64,000 nucleotides of DNA from Octopus sinensis. Its lineage: Eukaryota. The first letter of the stretch is position 1. Every line of letters begins with the position of its first letter. Under the pieces are notes generated by a model. It saw only the letters and a program-made list of their open reading frames with translations. It did no database searches and was not told the DNA's origin. This document shows, piece by piece, positions 27,166-42,313 of this stretch. The position numbers and the translations under genes were made by a program. The stretch is taken from NCBI RefSeq assembly GCF_006345805.1, contig NC_043007.1:8060001-8124000 (forward strand). Reading direction: 5' to 3'.

Positions 27166-29349
27166 TATATTGTTCTTTTTTTCCTCTTCCTTTAATATCC
27201 TCTGTATTTATTATTCTAAGTGTTCCATTTTTTATGTCTGTGTGAATGAAAATTGTTTTTACATATTCTTTTACTTTCTTATATATACACGTCTAGTGTA
27301 TATTTGTTTATCAGTATATAATTTAAACAAATATCCACCTATATATAACATATCTCCTAGCACTAACACATGATCCCTCTCAACTCTGTATTGTGGTTAG
27401 AGCCATGAGAATTTATATTACGGTATTGTTAGAACCATCATATATTAAAATACTCTTCAGTAACAATATGTTAACCACATAAACCTTTTAATGTCACTTT
27501 TCAAGCTTAGCTTGTGTTCTTTTTGTTTTTTTTTAATATCTAGAAATGAAATATATTGATTTTTAAAGTTTGCCACAAGGCCAGCAAATTCGGGAGAGGG
27601 GGTTAAGTCGGTTACATTGATACGGTGTTCAACTGGTACTGAATCTATCGACTCCTAAAGAATGGAAGCAAAGTTGACCTCGGCGACACTTGAACCCTGG
27701 ACATAAAGACGGACGAAATGCCGCTAAGCATTTTTCCCGGCGCGCTAACGATTGTGCCAGCTCGCCGCCTTAAAGAAATATTCCAAGTGATTCTAAGACG
27801 AGTTTTTTTTGTTTCCGGAGAGGAACAAAAGAAACAAAAATACGTCTAAAATAAAATGTTGAGGTTCATACTACAAACAGTTATTCTCCTTCCCGATGAA
27901 AGAACAATTAATTGAAAAGGCGGCACTAAGGGATTTACGCCGCACATAATATATATCAGCCTATTCTTATGCACAACTTTTCTCTTCCAAACGATCTTGT
28001 AAAAGAACATTTTGCCCCATTTATGATCCGGTGTTTTTAGGTCTTATACACCCACATCTGAGCAATAGGCTGGGCCCTACGAATCACCTGTTTTCAGCCA
28101 GAGTTCTCTAGGGGTTTTCTCAAAAGTCTCTATGTTGTTCTTGATGGCTATTCTTCTGCTCTTTCCTGGAATCCCCAAGGTTCCATTGGACTTACTCTGG
28201 AACAAACTTTGAACTCAACTCTCCACTTCTGCTGGCAAAATCCTGGCCCTCCCCCCAATACTTTACTCTTTCCCTCTCTTGTGCCTCTTCCATCCTCTCC
28301 TCGCAGGACACAACTTCAATAGGATTAGCTACTTTGTTATCTCAGAACTGATTCTACTTGGTTCCAGCAAGGTCCGGGTGATTGGAACTTTAGCTACTTC
28401 TCCTGCTCAACTTTCATCATCTAATCACAATCTTTGCAAAGCAAACCATCAGAGCTCTCCATCAGTCTTCTCTTTAGCCTCTCCTTTTCCTCACCAAAGG
28501 CTATCTTTCTGGCTGTAGTCTGGCCATTTCTGCTGTCACTGACCCTTTGATTAGGTTCTCGCGACCATCATTGATTACCCCAATGATGGTCTTGAGGATC
28601 TAATCATACCTCCAGCAGTAGTGTACCTTGAAGCAGTTGCGTAAGATCTTTTGCGGGTTCCTGTCTTAGAACACAATCATGAACTGACGTATCAATGAGG
28701 GTGAACCGATGCAGTTACTTGACTTTTATGATTGTAAAAGGAAATGGCACATTGTGCTCTTAACCACTACGCCATATTTCCATGGGCATATGGCGTAGTG
28801 GTTATTATAGTTGTAGTAGAAAAGACAAAGAGAAAATTCCTTAAGTACAGTTGTGAGCCAGAAGACGGAGGGAGTCTGTTAGTGAATGAATGCCAATTAG
28901 TTGAACCACTTGTGTCTGAATTCAGTCCTGCAGGTGTGTCTGTCTGTCTAGCAGAAGCAGCAGCACCACTGTCCTAGTTATGCAAACAATATTCCATCAT
29001 GGTTCTCAGCAGTTGTTAAGGGCTGAAATTTTTTTTCTGCCACTGAAGTAAAATGCCTGGCTGAAACTAGTTCTGTAGTACAAATGTCTTGTTTTCCAAA
29101 GTTTTGAATTAAAATCTTCCACCAAACCTCAGTCACAATTTATGTTCCTAACACTAGCTGAATGATAACTAAGTTATTTTACTAAATTCTTTGTTATATT
29201 AAAATTAATTGAAAGAAACACAGAGCATCTCAAAATAAATATGGTACCGAAAGGCTTAAACTTAGGTGGGTAGCCAAACTTTCTGAGACTGTCACATAGA
29301 AGTTCCCTGTTTATTGTGTTAAATGTTTCCATTAAAGTCACAGTGAACA

Positions 29350-30960
29350 GTGCCTAGTAGTGTTCCTTGCATTCATCATGAAAATGCCTTGTAGATCAAA
29401 TATGTTTCAGCCCCTGCAGAAACCATATTGTAACTTTGGTATGATGTTCTCTGATATGAACAGGCCCTTTTTCTTCAGGATAACCTTGGCCTTGACCTTT
29501 TTTAAAAATGATCTGCTGACTTTTGTATCCTTTCAATGTTATAGTATTTATTTCTGATTTCATGCTTCTGTGATGTAAAATGAAGAAATCTTGTGTATAC
29601 ATTATCACCTTTCCGGAAAATACCTTCTGTAATATTGTCTGGCCCATGAGCCAGATTTTCCTGGCAGCACCAACTTCACCCCATGTTGGTGGTTTGTCAA
29701 GGTGGTGGGTAAGGAGTATTTCACAAAATTCTTCTGTGATTGCCAAATCCATTGCTTTAGGAATTGGTTTAAGAGATCTTTCAAATGTTCTACTAAAGTT
29801 GACAGATCCTGTCTTTTAGAAGTGCTTCTGATAACTGGTACTATGGAATAGTTACCAAGACCATAAAGAGTCCTGATTGCATCATAGAAACTGCATCTCA
29901 TAAATGTTTTGGGCTTTTGCGACCAATTAACCATTCTTCAGAGTGTGAAGGGCAGATTGGATCTCACTGATTTTCAGAATATGTGATGAGGAATTTCCTA
30001 GACTTGTTTTGTGGGCATTGTGTATGTCATTCAGGAACTTGCTTATTTTGCAAGTTCTCATTGAACTTGCTTAGGTGATTTTTTTTTGTTTTGTAGTTTA
30101 TGGCTTCAACAGCAACATTAAGGGCTGTGGAACTTAAAGAGTACCATTTGTCATCCAATTTGTGAAATGATGAGTGCTGTTGAAACATTAAGTTTGAAAG
30201 TTAAGGAATGATGAAAGTTCTTACAAATATTGGTATTGTTGAGCTTAGAGTAATTGATTTTCTTTTAGTGGTCTTCAGGGTTCTCTTAAGGTGGGGTGCT
30301 TGTACTGGGACCTTTGTTAATATCACATTATGATCTGTCCAACACTCAGCTTTCTTCATTGTGTGAGTGAACAGACATCTTGTAGTGTTTGGATCTGGTA
30401 TATATCCCAGAGAGTCTCGTATTTATTCTTCAGCCAGAAGATGGTCTTGGTAATGGTGGAGTCTGATGCCATTGCAGTTAGTTTTCCAAAAACTATGCTT
30501 TTCTTCATTTTTTTTCCTTAATCTTGCATCAGAATGAGTCATTAGGATGACTCGATTTTCAAATGGTCTTTTAATCTCTGATGATCTGATGACTGAGTTA
30601 ATACAGACACACGGTAACAGGACACAGCAACTTTCTGCAAAGAAAACCCAGAAAGGCCTTAACTGCTCATTGATGCAAACTCGTGCTTTTGCCAGTTTAG
30701 ATAGCTAACCGTTTCTCATGGCAGAGTTGATGCCTTGTTTGTGATATCCATTCTCAAGGTAGCCCTTCCAGAAGAATGCTTAACCCTCACCAACTTTAAG
30801 AGAACCATCTTTAAATAGCCTAGTCTCATTGAAGACAACATTTGTCCATTGTCGTACCTCAGTTCACTGGTTACGAGAGCTGTATGGTGCTTAGCTTGCT
30901 TTATTGAATTGTTAATATTAATCAGTTCTTGTATGTTCTACAGGAATTAAGCTGAGTGCC
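29350..30960 (-). mobile_element. Decayed RTE (BovB-like) LINE, APE endonuclease to RT N-terminus
   Basis: Minus-strand fragments HTALVTSEL, FFWKG, AECWTDHNVIL, FYDAIRTLYG, IFKKG and QYGFCRG. Confidence 0.75.
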
Positions 30961-31742
30961 TGATTTTTAGGTCACCATTTCTAGGCCCTAATGTGGGCAT
31001 CTCAGTTCCAAGATATAGGGCTACTCAGTCCCAACAGTCTGTCAGGGTCAGCCCCCGCCCCACTCTATTCCAGCTATCAATGACTGTTGGCCTTTATTGT
31101 TGATGGATAAAGTTCTGACTAGAAGCGCTTGCAACGCATTCAGATTTTCCATCACTATCACACTTGTTAGAGATCAAAACTCCATGATCCGTATTGCAGA
31201 AGATACCTGCACAATAAGGTTTAATATGGATGTTGAGTTTGCATGTAACCCAGTACTTCACCCTGAAGGAACTGTAAATTGACCCAATGGCAAAGTTGGT
31301 TCATGATGACTGGTATTGCCTACCATTCTCTTGGAAATCAGTTTAAACTATCCTAGTTTGTTTTTCTCGTAGGGTGTACTCTCTTAGCCTGTCTTCCTCG
31401 ACACACCCATAGAACAGCAGAATAGTGACTGATAAAATTCCAGGGCATGTCCACCACAGTAGACCAGCACATTATGTCTTGAGGGACCTCCTGCTACTCC
31501 AAGATTCTTCATTGAGTTTCCTTAGAGCTGCAAGTATCCATTTAGTATGTGTGGTGTTAGGGAGGTCTAGCAAAAATCTTGGTCAAAGAGAGGCTGTGGA
31601 CTCATGTACTCGGCTGCTGCTTCATTCCGAAACATGAGCTTGGTAATGGTAGTGAGCTGTAGGGAAGACAATTGCTAATACTACTGCACCAGACACATCA
31701 CATCACCCTATGTATATATATATGTGTGTATATATATATATA

Positions 31743-31845
<103 letters not shown>

Positions 31846-34800
31846 TTATATATACACACACATAGACATATATACTCACACATACACTTGTGTATATATG
31901 TATATATATATAAATATATGCAGTTTAAAACAAGATAAGGCATAAATTTATCTTTTGTTTTTTACACATTTTGATTTAATTTCTATTGAAATATTAGTGA
32001 AATCCTACAAAATTCAAGGGATTAAAGAATTTGTTACACTTTAAATAAGGGCAATGGTATGCACGTTTGCTGACACACATAATTATATATGGATTTAGTT
32101 TTGTGTATATGTGTGTATATATATAAGAATGTAAGATTTTTACTTTTTTTACATATGTTACTTTTAATTAGGTTTCTACATTGTCTTTGTCTATGTGTGC
32201 CTGTGTATATATACTTTGGCCAAATATATATATATTTATATATATATAACTTGAATCTTTATTGCTTTTTGTATATATTTATATATATACCTGTATGTTT
32301 ATAGGATTCTATGTATGTTTGGATGGATGGATGGATGTAGTTTGTGTGTGCTCGTATCTATGTGTTTGTGAATGTATGGATGTAGTAGGTGTGTGTGTGA
32401 GTGTGTGAGTGTCTATATTCTCTGATTATAACCTTTACAAACCATTAATCCTTTGATATTCTCAGGTTTTACTGACCCAGGTCATGCATCAAAGTTAAAT
32501 CTGCTAAAGCCTATTAACATTTCAAGCAGAACTAGTCTTTATACTGTTATGCTCAATACATACACACACACATACACACACACATACACACACACACACA
32601 CAAACACACACATACACACACACATACACACACACATACACACATACATACATACATACATACATGCATGCATGCATGCATGCATACATACATACATACA
32701 TACATACATACACACACACACATACATACATACATACATACACACACATACACACACACATACACACACACATACACACATACATACATATATACATACA
32801 TACATACATACATACATACATACATACACACATACACACACACGAGCTCATTTAGTTGGATGTAATATATAAACATGTAAACTGACACAGTATATGTATG
32901 TGTGTGTGTATATATATATATGTGTGTGTGTGTTTATGTGCACAAACATGTATTTACCCATGCATACATAACTTTGCATATCTACAGACAGACTGGTGCA
33001 TGCACACACATATATATATATATAAAAGTAGATAAATGGTACAACAAGGCTCCAATATATATATACACACATATATATAACATATTTGCGATTATACATG
33101 CACACACAAAACCTGTGGTGGTGGTGGTGATGTTAAATTTTGTTAGAAGTTGGATGTTTTGTAATTTATCTTCCTCGTGTCATCAGGATCAGCCAATTTA
33201 GATTAATATTTGACAGTTGATATAATAAACATCCATTTGTTTGTTGCTTTTTTTGTTTTCTTCCCTCCCTTTCTCTTCTCCAAATATCACTCTTACTACT
33301 ACCCCTTCACAAACCCACCACCTCCCCCACTCCCATATACTCATCTGATTGAAGTGATTGTCCCCTTTTTTTGTGTGATTGTTTATTTAGATATACACTT
33401 TCTCCCCTCACCCCACCCCCACCTTCTCTTGCCTTATGTGAGTTTTTGGTTTTTAATTCTCTATTTTGATTTTGTTCAATTAACGTAGCTTCCATTTAAT
33501 TTGCAATTTTTGCAAAGAGGGAGCAGGAGAAGTCTCATTAATGGAATTCATATTTTAGGGTTGGTTAAATAGTTCATTAGTGACTGATTTATGCATACAT
33601 ACAATCCCCACCCCACCCCCATTTACACACACACACACACACATCATTAGTAGGGTAGAAACAGTGATTGCAAAGTGTCTTCTGATATTTGTTAGATTCG
33701 TATATGTGATACGTGGAATCTGTTATGTATTTGGTGCCAGATTCAGATGTGGAATGTGTATGTATTTGTCGTTAGACATGTGTATGTATTTCGTCTGTCT
33801 TTACATTCTGAGTTCAAATTCCACTGAGGTCGACTTTGCTTTTCATCCTTTCAGGCTTGATAAATCAAGTACCAGTTGTGTACTGGAGTTGGTCTAATCG
33901 ACTGCCCCCCCAAAATTTTGGGCCTTGTGCCCAGAGTAGAAAAAAAAAGAAAGAATAAGTGGTAAGGTCAACCCTGGTGGTATTTGAACTCAGAATGCAG
34001 AGTCAGAAGAAATGCCTTTAAACATTTTTCCTGGTGCAGTTACAATTCTGCCAGAAGCTCCCTGCCTTCATAATAATATTGAAGATCTGTCAAGGTCGAC
34101 TTTGCCTTTCATCCTTTTGGGGTTGATAAATTAAGTACCAGTTACATACTAGGGTCAATCTAATCGAATGGCCCCTACCTCCCCAAAAATTTCAGGCCTT
34201 GAGTAGAAAAGAATAATATTGAAGATAATAGTAATCAAGGCCTGAAATTATGGGGGTGAGTGCTTGTTGGTTAGATTGACCCCAGTATGCAACTGGTACT
34301 TATTTTATTGACTCCCAAAAGGATGAATGGCAAAGTCATCCTGGATGGAATTTGAACTCAGTCTTGGAAGAAGTGCTACAAAGCAATTTTGTCCAACACT
34401 TTAAAAGTTCTGCCACCTTGAATAATAAGTTTGGGGACAAAGCCAGAAATTGTAGGAGAATGGGTAAGTCAGTCACACTGGTGCCAGTACTTTATCAGCC
34501 CCAAAAGGATGAAAGGCAAAGCTGTCCATGACAGTATTTGAACTTGGAATGTAAAGAACTGTAAGGAATACCACAAGGAATTTTGCCTGATGCTCTAATC
34601 ATCATCTTCATCATCGTTTAATGTCCACCTTCGATGCTGGCATGGGTCTAATGATTCTGTCAATTCCCTACTTTAATAATTGTTTCTGATTTAGGTACGA
34701 GGCCAATTGTGCTGAGGGAGAAGATGGATTCAGTTGATACTGTCAACCCCTGGACATGACTGATATTTTATTTCATTCATCCCTTCCCCTTTCCCCAGAA

Positions 34801-34912
34801 GGATAAAATACAAAATCGATTTCACCTGGATTTGAACTCAGAATGTAAAAAAAGCAGAACAAATACTATAAGGGCTGTGATGCAAGCTTGGGCAATCTGT
34901 TTTGAGAAGTGG

Positions 34913-36117
34913 GCCACATGTGACATGACTCATCATCAAGCCAGCCACATGTGACATGGCTCATCATCAAGCCAGCCACATGTGACATGACTCATCATCA
35001 AGCCAGCCACATGAGACATGACTCATCATCAAGCCAGCCACATGTGACATGACTCATCATCAAGCCAGCCACATGTGACATGACTCATCATCAAGCCAGC
35101 CACATGTGACATGACTCATCATCAAGCCAGCCACATGAGACATGACTCATCATCAAGCCAGCCACATGTGACATGACTCATCATCAAGCCAGCCACATGT
35201 GACATGACTCATCATCAAGCCAGCCACCATGAGACATGACTCATCATCAAGCCAGCACATGTGACATGACTCATCATCAAGCCAGCCACATGTGACATGG
35301 ACTCATCATCAAGCCAGCCACATGAGACATGACTCATCATCAAGCCAAGCCACATGTGACATGACTCATCATCAAGCAGCCACATGAGACATGGCTCATC
35401 ATCAAGCCAGCCACATGTGACATGGCTCATCATCAAGCCAGCCACATGTGACATGACTCATCATCAAGCCAGCCACATGTGACATGACTCATCATCAAGC
35501 CAGCCACATGTGACATGACTCATCATCAAGCCAGCCACATGAGACATGACTCATCATCAAGCCAGCCACATGTGACATGACTCATCATCAAGCCAGCCAC
35601 ATGTGACATGGCTCATCATCAAGCCAGCCACATGTGACATGGCTCATCATCAAGCCAGCCACATGTGACATGACTCATCATCAAGCCAGCCACATGTGAC
35701 ATGGCTCATCATCAAGCCAGCCACATGTGACATGGCTCATCATCAAGCCAGCCACATGTGACATGACTCATCATCAAGCCAGCCACATGAGACATGGCTC
35801 ATCATCAAGCCAGCCACATGAGACATGGCTCATCATCAAGCCAACCACATGTGACATGACTCATCATCAAGCCAGCCACATGTGACATGACTCATCATCA
35901 AGCCAGCCACATGTGACATGACTCATCATCAAGCCAGCCACATGTGACATGACTCATCATCAAGCCAGCCACATGTGACATGACTCATCATCAAGCCAGC
36001 CACATGAGACATGACTCATCATCAAGCCAGCCACATGTGACATGACTCATCATCAAGCCAGCCACATGTGACATGACTCATCATCAAGCCAGCCACATGT
36101 GACATGACTCATCATCA
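34913..36117. repeat. 31-bp minisatellite, about 39 copies (GCCACATG[T/A]GACATG[A/G]CTCATCATCAAGCCA)
   Basis: Period of 31 counted directly. Two recurrent variant positions, with a few indels clustered at about 35220-35400. Confidence 0.97.
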
Positions 36118-38139
36118 GATAGGCTGATGAGGTAATATGTCATTCAGAAAGTCCCTTGGGTTGCAATTTGCCCACGATTGCTTTAATTTTTACCTATCCA
36201 TTAACATTGAGTTTTTAAAATATTAATGACTCTATCATTATCCAGTTGCCTGGTGACTTGCCTGGACCATTACAACTCTTCTATGCTACATGTCCCAATT
36301 GAGTGATGTGGCATGAATGTCTGGTTTGCATTTTAGTCACATTGGTCATTCACTGGCTGAAATATCTCCTCTGCACAGCAGTGGCTACAGATGACAGCAA
36401 TAGTTTGCCCAACTGGTTGATCCTGTCTCTTAACACTTTGTTGATTGTTCATCCAATCAGCATTTAGTGACACTCACCGTTGATTCAATAATATTCATTT
36501 ACCAAAACAGTTCACATCTGCCATGTTGCATCCCATGATTTCAGTGTACCCTGGACTCAGTGGTTACATGCTGCTTAACACATAGCTCTGACTCTGACAG
36601 GATCTACTACTCTGGATCAGAGCAGACGTGGGAACAATAATGGCAAAGAGATGGTTCTACACTCTTCAAAACCCTGGAATTCCTGAACCAGATGCATTTT
36701 AAAACCCTAACCCAGTACAAATAATTCCTTAAAATACCTCAAAACTGTAAATTTGTGGGGTCAGAGCAAGTGATTTTAGGTGCTTATATATTGCATATTT
36801 GGTAGTTATTTTATTAAGAGAGGTGACCCTGGAAAGGACTAAATGCTAAGGTGCTTAGTCTAGAGTACCACATTCTACACACCTCTACTCTTCAGCCATT
36901 ATCATATCTGAAAATGATAACAAACTATAAATAATGTCAACCTCTTATCATTTAATTGTGCATATATTGTTTCTTCATTCTTATCAATGTTAGAATGTGA
37001 ATGACTCTTTCTCTCCCTCCCTCTCTCACACACACATTTTAGGATATATGCATGTATGTATATATAAAATAAATGAAGATCAATGGCAGTGCAGTACATA
37101 CTGTAAAGATCTCAATAGCATTGTAATTTATTTGTAATTGGTGGATTGCACAATCCAAAATCCTCAGGCATTGTGAACCATTGAATGTATATACATACAT
37201 ATACATCCACATGTGTATGCATACACATGTTGATATATATATATATTATAAATCTGAAATGCGAAAAGTTTGTTTGTTTGTTTGGTTTTGGCATTGAGAA
37301 CGGGTTAAAGGCCACTAGATTCTGTCGGATTGACTCCAAAATTTACAGGGACATGTAAAATGAGGCGAGGATGCCAGTGGGCTAGGTTAGAAATCGCTAT
37401 CTTAAAAGGTGTCGTTGTTAGGGCCAAAAATGCACTTTGACAAGTCTATTCTCATTCTTTTATGTATCTGTCTTCCTCCGTCACTCACTTTCTATATATA
37501 ACTTCGTTTAACAGCGTCTAACTCCCTTACCTTCATTTTCTCTTTATAACGCTGTGTCACAGCGTTCTATATCTCCCCCCTCCCCGCCTTCGACAGCGCT
37601 TTCACACTCTCTCTCTACGTCTGTCTGCATTCATAGAGAGAATTATCATCGCCACCACCACCACCACCACCACACAATCATGAGAACAAATATTATGAAT
37701 CAGATATTTATTGGGTTTATTTATAGATGTGTGTGTGTGTGTTCTATATATAAATATGTATATATAATATATATATACAAAGTGTATATATCTGTATTTA
37801 TGTATATTAAACTTTTTAATACTTTTTGATAGTTATACATATATTTTTTTAAAATTATAAATATAAATTAATAATTTTAATTTTGAATTTAAATAATTTA
37901 AATTTTTCAATTTTATATTTTATATATTTTGTATGTTATATTTTTATTTTTACGTTTTAGTTTGTTTTTCACTGTTTGATTTGCCTATTAGTGGTTTTAT
38001 CTCTAATTTAATTTATACACATATATATATATAATTTGTATACATTTTATATATAATGCGTGCACACACACACACACACAAATATATATATATATAATAT
38101 ATATATATAATATATATATATATAATATATATATATAAA

Positions 38140-39323
38140 ATGTGTGCATTATGTGGTCGGTTGAGCTGAAAATAGGCACACCTATGTTAAAAGTGCTGGC
38201 AAGTTTGCATGACAACTATTTTTTTCCTCAAATGAAAGGTGTGACCTCTAGGATAAAATTCCTCATCTTATAAAATGTGGCCCCAGTAAACCCAAGTGAA
38301 ATCGGGTTATATTAACCAAAATGTGAAAAGGAGTCTAAATGGGGCTGGAAGGGGATTAAAATTTACAGGAGCGGGTGTTTAGGAATTCTGTAACATCAAG
38401 CTAAAAAATTTGCGCCAGCCTTTTAGTCGTCAATGTGTTGCCATCCATGATGAAGAAGTTTTGAATGCTTGCCATGGTGAGTCTAAGGTCATGAGAAAGA
38501 ATCACTTCAAAACTTGGTGTTTAGGAATTTTCTTTTACATCAAGTTCAAAATTTTATGCCAGCCGTTAAACTGTCAATACGTTGCTGTCCGTCGTTAAGA
38601 AATGCCAGCCATGGTGACTCTACTATCCTCAGATTCTATCCCTTCAAACTTTGGTTTCCAATATTTTATTATTTTTATTCAGCTCGCAAGTTCGTCTGTC
38701 CCTTTTAAATATTAGTGTTTTGCTGTCTGCCTTGAAGCAGACCTTTCCGTTGTCACTGCCTGATATTTATGATTGATCTTTCTAAATATTTTATTTCTCA
38801 ACTTACTCAAGATCTTTTGTTGTTTATAAATGGGAGAGAGATAGATAAAGATAGAGAGTAAGTGAAAGCGAGGGAGAGTCCAAGAGAAAAGAAAAGTAAG
38901 AGAGTGGGAAAATGAGAGAGAAAAGAGAGAGAAACAAAGAGGGAGAACCATCATCATCATCGTATAATGTCCGTTTTGCGTGCTAGCACGGGTTGGACAG
39001 TTTGACCGGGGTCTGGGAAGCCAGGAGGCTGCACCAGGCTCCAGTCTGATCTGGCAGTGTTTCTACAGGTGGATGCCCTTCCTAACACCAACCACTCTGT
39101 GAGTGTAGTGGGTGCTTTTTTCATGCCACCGGCACAGGTGCCAGGGGGCCTGGCAGCGGCCACGATCGGTTGGTGCTTTTTACGTACCACCGGCACAGAA
39201 ACCAGTCAAGGCGGCACTGCCATCGGCCACATTCGGATGGTGCTTTTTACATGCTGAAAGGAAGCAACAGAAAGTAACAACCACACTCTTATCCGCATGT
39301 AGAGCGGGTCACCTTAAGCTAGT
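38140..39323 (-). mobile_element. Second copy of the Helentron/HINE-like element, interrupted by an (ATG)n-tailed SINE (38948-39255)
   Basis: Reverse complement of 1061-1400 (GCGGGTCACCTTAAGCTAGT end; CTTACTCAAGATCTTTTG; ATAAATGGGAGAGAGATAG). Confidence 0.75.
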
Positions 39324-40227
39324 ATATATATATATATATAAATATATACATGCATATCAGTTAAATGTCCCTAGTCATAAAAAAAACCATGCTCAGAATG
39401 AGTAATAGAGCAGTTGTATTTTTATATATCATTGAGTAGTATATATCATAGTTATGACACATAACTGGTCAGTTCTATTGCCCAGGTGCAATAGTGGGTG
39501 CAAAGCCAATGGTAACATTCTGACCAGTTATATACTATAACTAATAATATATTCGTTTCTACCCTAGGCACAAGGCCTGAAATTTCTGGGGAGGAGGACA
39601 GTCGATTAGATCGACCCCAGTATGCAACTGGTACTTAATTTATTGACCCTGAAAGGATGAAAGACAAAGTCGACCTTGGCAGAATTTGAACTCAGAACGT
39701 AAAGACCATTTCACCCGGCGTGCTAATGTTTCTGCCAGCTCGCTGCCATCATAACCAATAACATATTGCTTGATGATATATAAACACACATGCACGTACG
39801 CACACACATATATATGCTAGAAGTAATTGTCGTTTCTGTGATATTACCTCACTCTTCCAGAAGCTTCCAACCTAGTTTGACCTAATACTCTATTTAAGAA
39901 ACACAAAGAAGGAAAACATTAATGTCTCTCTCTCTCTCACTGACATTTATAGTTTGTCATTTGACTCGGTATAATGTTTCTATTTCTTTTTATATTGCTA
40001 GCACAATATCATCTAAGATATGTGGCACAGTTATAGAAATAGTATTTGGTAGGTGTGTCAATAATCTGACAAAGACCAGAGTTGACTCAACTCCATACTT
40101 CTGTCCCATATTATTCAACTTTATACATTTCTGTAAACCTATGATCTTTTCTCTCGAGTTTTGAGACAAACTTCTGGTTTTAAAGTAACCTGAATTAAAA
40201 CATTCCATCGAAATTTCATGGCAATGA

Positions 40228-40690
40228 ATGTCATTATTCAGTTTTATTTCAAGATTTCTTACCAATAGAGGAAGAATTGGTTTCTAACCCAGAGTCGAGC
40301 TTCCTTCATTGGAATTTCAACATCAACAACAGGGTATTTTTGTTTGTATGTATGTATGTATTTATGTATGTGCAGATTTGTATGTTTTTTATGTATGTCT
40401 TCTCATGCATATAGTTACATATCTAGACATGTTCATATAAATTTAAATGATAAACTTCTGGAAAGTTTTACAGATGTTTACCGTTCCAGTGATGGATTAG
40501 ATCTGTAGTCTTCGAATAGCTTTCTCCTTTCTGGTTTTGAGAAACCTAATTTCTCAAGATTGGTATTTAGGCAGTGTGTGACATTTCCCAGGGCCCAAAT
40601 AATTACAGGTATAAACCATAAACCTGAACTTGTAATCTAGATAGAGTAACTGCAGATTTCTCAATAGTTCAGTATAGGTGTTCTCTTTTA
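40228..40690 (-). mobile_element. 3' end of a second RLE-type non-LTR retrotransposon plus its 3' UTR
   Basis: Minus strand reads KENTYTELLRNLQLLY..IPVIIWALGNVTHCL..LEKLGF..RLQI*SITGTVNICKTFQKFII*, the same GALG-type C-terminal architecture as 291-503. Confidence 0.7.
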
Positions 40691-41225
40691 CATGTCTATG
40701 TATGTATGTATGTACACACGTGCGTGTGCACACAGGTGCAGGTATGGCTCTGTGGTAAAGAGTTTGCTTGCCAACAGCCATGTTCTAGATCAGTCCTACT
40801 GCATGGCACCTTGGGCAAGTGTTTTACAAGTGTCTTCTTCTATAGCCTTGTGTGTGAATTTGGTTGACAGAAACTGAAAGAAGCCTGTCGTATATGTATG
40901 CATGCATGTGTGTTTGCCCTCCACCACTGCTTGACAACTGGTGTTTTATTTATGTCCCCTTAACTTAGTGGTTTGGTAAAGGAAACTGATAGAATAAGTA
41001 CCAGGTTTTAAAATATAAATGCTGGGGTCAATTCATTTGACTAAAACCCTGCAAGAGGGTGTGCTCCAGCTAGGCTTACAAAGAATAAGATATGTTGGGT
41101 TGTGGCCTGTAGAAGTGAAGTTGAAGTAGTGTGACACACTGACATTCACATTTATTGTATTAGATATGTTTAATTTGGGGGGAAACTGTATTTCGATTAA
41201 AGTGTATTTTATATATATATATTTA

Positions 41226-41267
<42 letters not shown>

Positions 41268-41873
41268 GTACATGTGCACCTACACACATGTATGTATCAA
41301 AGAAAGCAAAAATAAAAATGATAGTGTTCAGTAGTTGGTTCAGTATGCTGGCCACAGGAATTTTTGTTCAGGAACATTGTACATCATCTCTCTCTTGCTC
41401 TTATTATTACTGCCATTGCAAACATCAACTCTCCCTAAATTTCTTTGTCTCCCTTTCTCTCCCTCTCTTTTTCTCTCTCTATCTGTCTTTGCCACCGCCC
41501 TCACCATCTCCATGCCTACTATTATTCACTATCTCTCACTATTCAATGTGTCATTGAATAGTGAGAGAGAGAGGGTCAAAGTGTGACACACTGACACACA
41601 AATTAGTTTTTGCATTTATTATATTAGATAAGAAACAGAAAGTCCTTGGTACTATAAGGGCATATGTATATGAATGGGTGTTTGTATGTATGTATTTAGT
41701 TAAACACTCCCTATTTAAACGGTGAATAAACTCAAAATTATCACTTTGAAGACTGCTTTTAAGTGAGAAACTTCCATCAGTCACCTTTTTGTAAACTTAT
41801 AACCACCTGATTATTTAAGTGGAAAAATTATCAGAAAAGCTTTTTCTATTCATTTATTCAAACACACACACAC

Positions 41874-41912
<39 letters not shown>

Positions 41913-41989
41913 AATATTAGGGAATAAATCCAAATTTACAGGGAAAAAAAATCAGATTTAGGATTAAATCCAATTTTATAGTAAAATAT

Positions 41990-42313
41990 TATATAATATT
42001 AATTAGAGACAAAACCACTATTTTGCAAAACAAACAAGGAAAGACTTAATCAATACATAAGATTTTAATAAAAAGTCAAAAAAACCGCCACTACAATTGT
42101 TTCTTGTCCTGATCGACAATCTTCAGGTGGACTTCCAATTTTCAAGTCAGTTTCAAATTATGAAACTGACTTGAAAATTGGAAGTCCACCTGAAGATTGT
42201 CGATCAGGACAAGAAACAATTGTAGTGGCGGTTTTTTTGACTTTTTATTAAAATCTTATGTATTGATTAAGTCTTTCCTTGTTTGTTTTGCAAAATAGTG
42301 GTTTTGTCTCTAA

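Noticed and set aside
27885-28110. CCGATGA..GAAA motif with a possible GIY-YIG fragment on the opposite strand
   Set aside because: No stem II pairing or NUH triplet; protein similarity too weak to support by eye.
34913-36117. CRISPR array, or repeat protein (ORF 35215-35454)
   Set aside because: No unique spacers, no cas genes and a eukaryotic context. The 31-bp unit is not a multiple of 3 and the ORF depends on local indels that may be sequencing errors.
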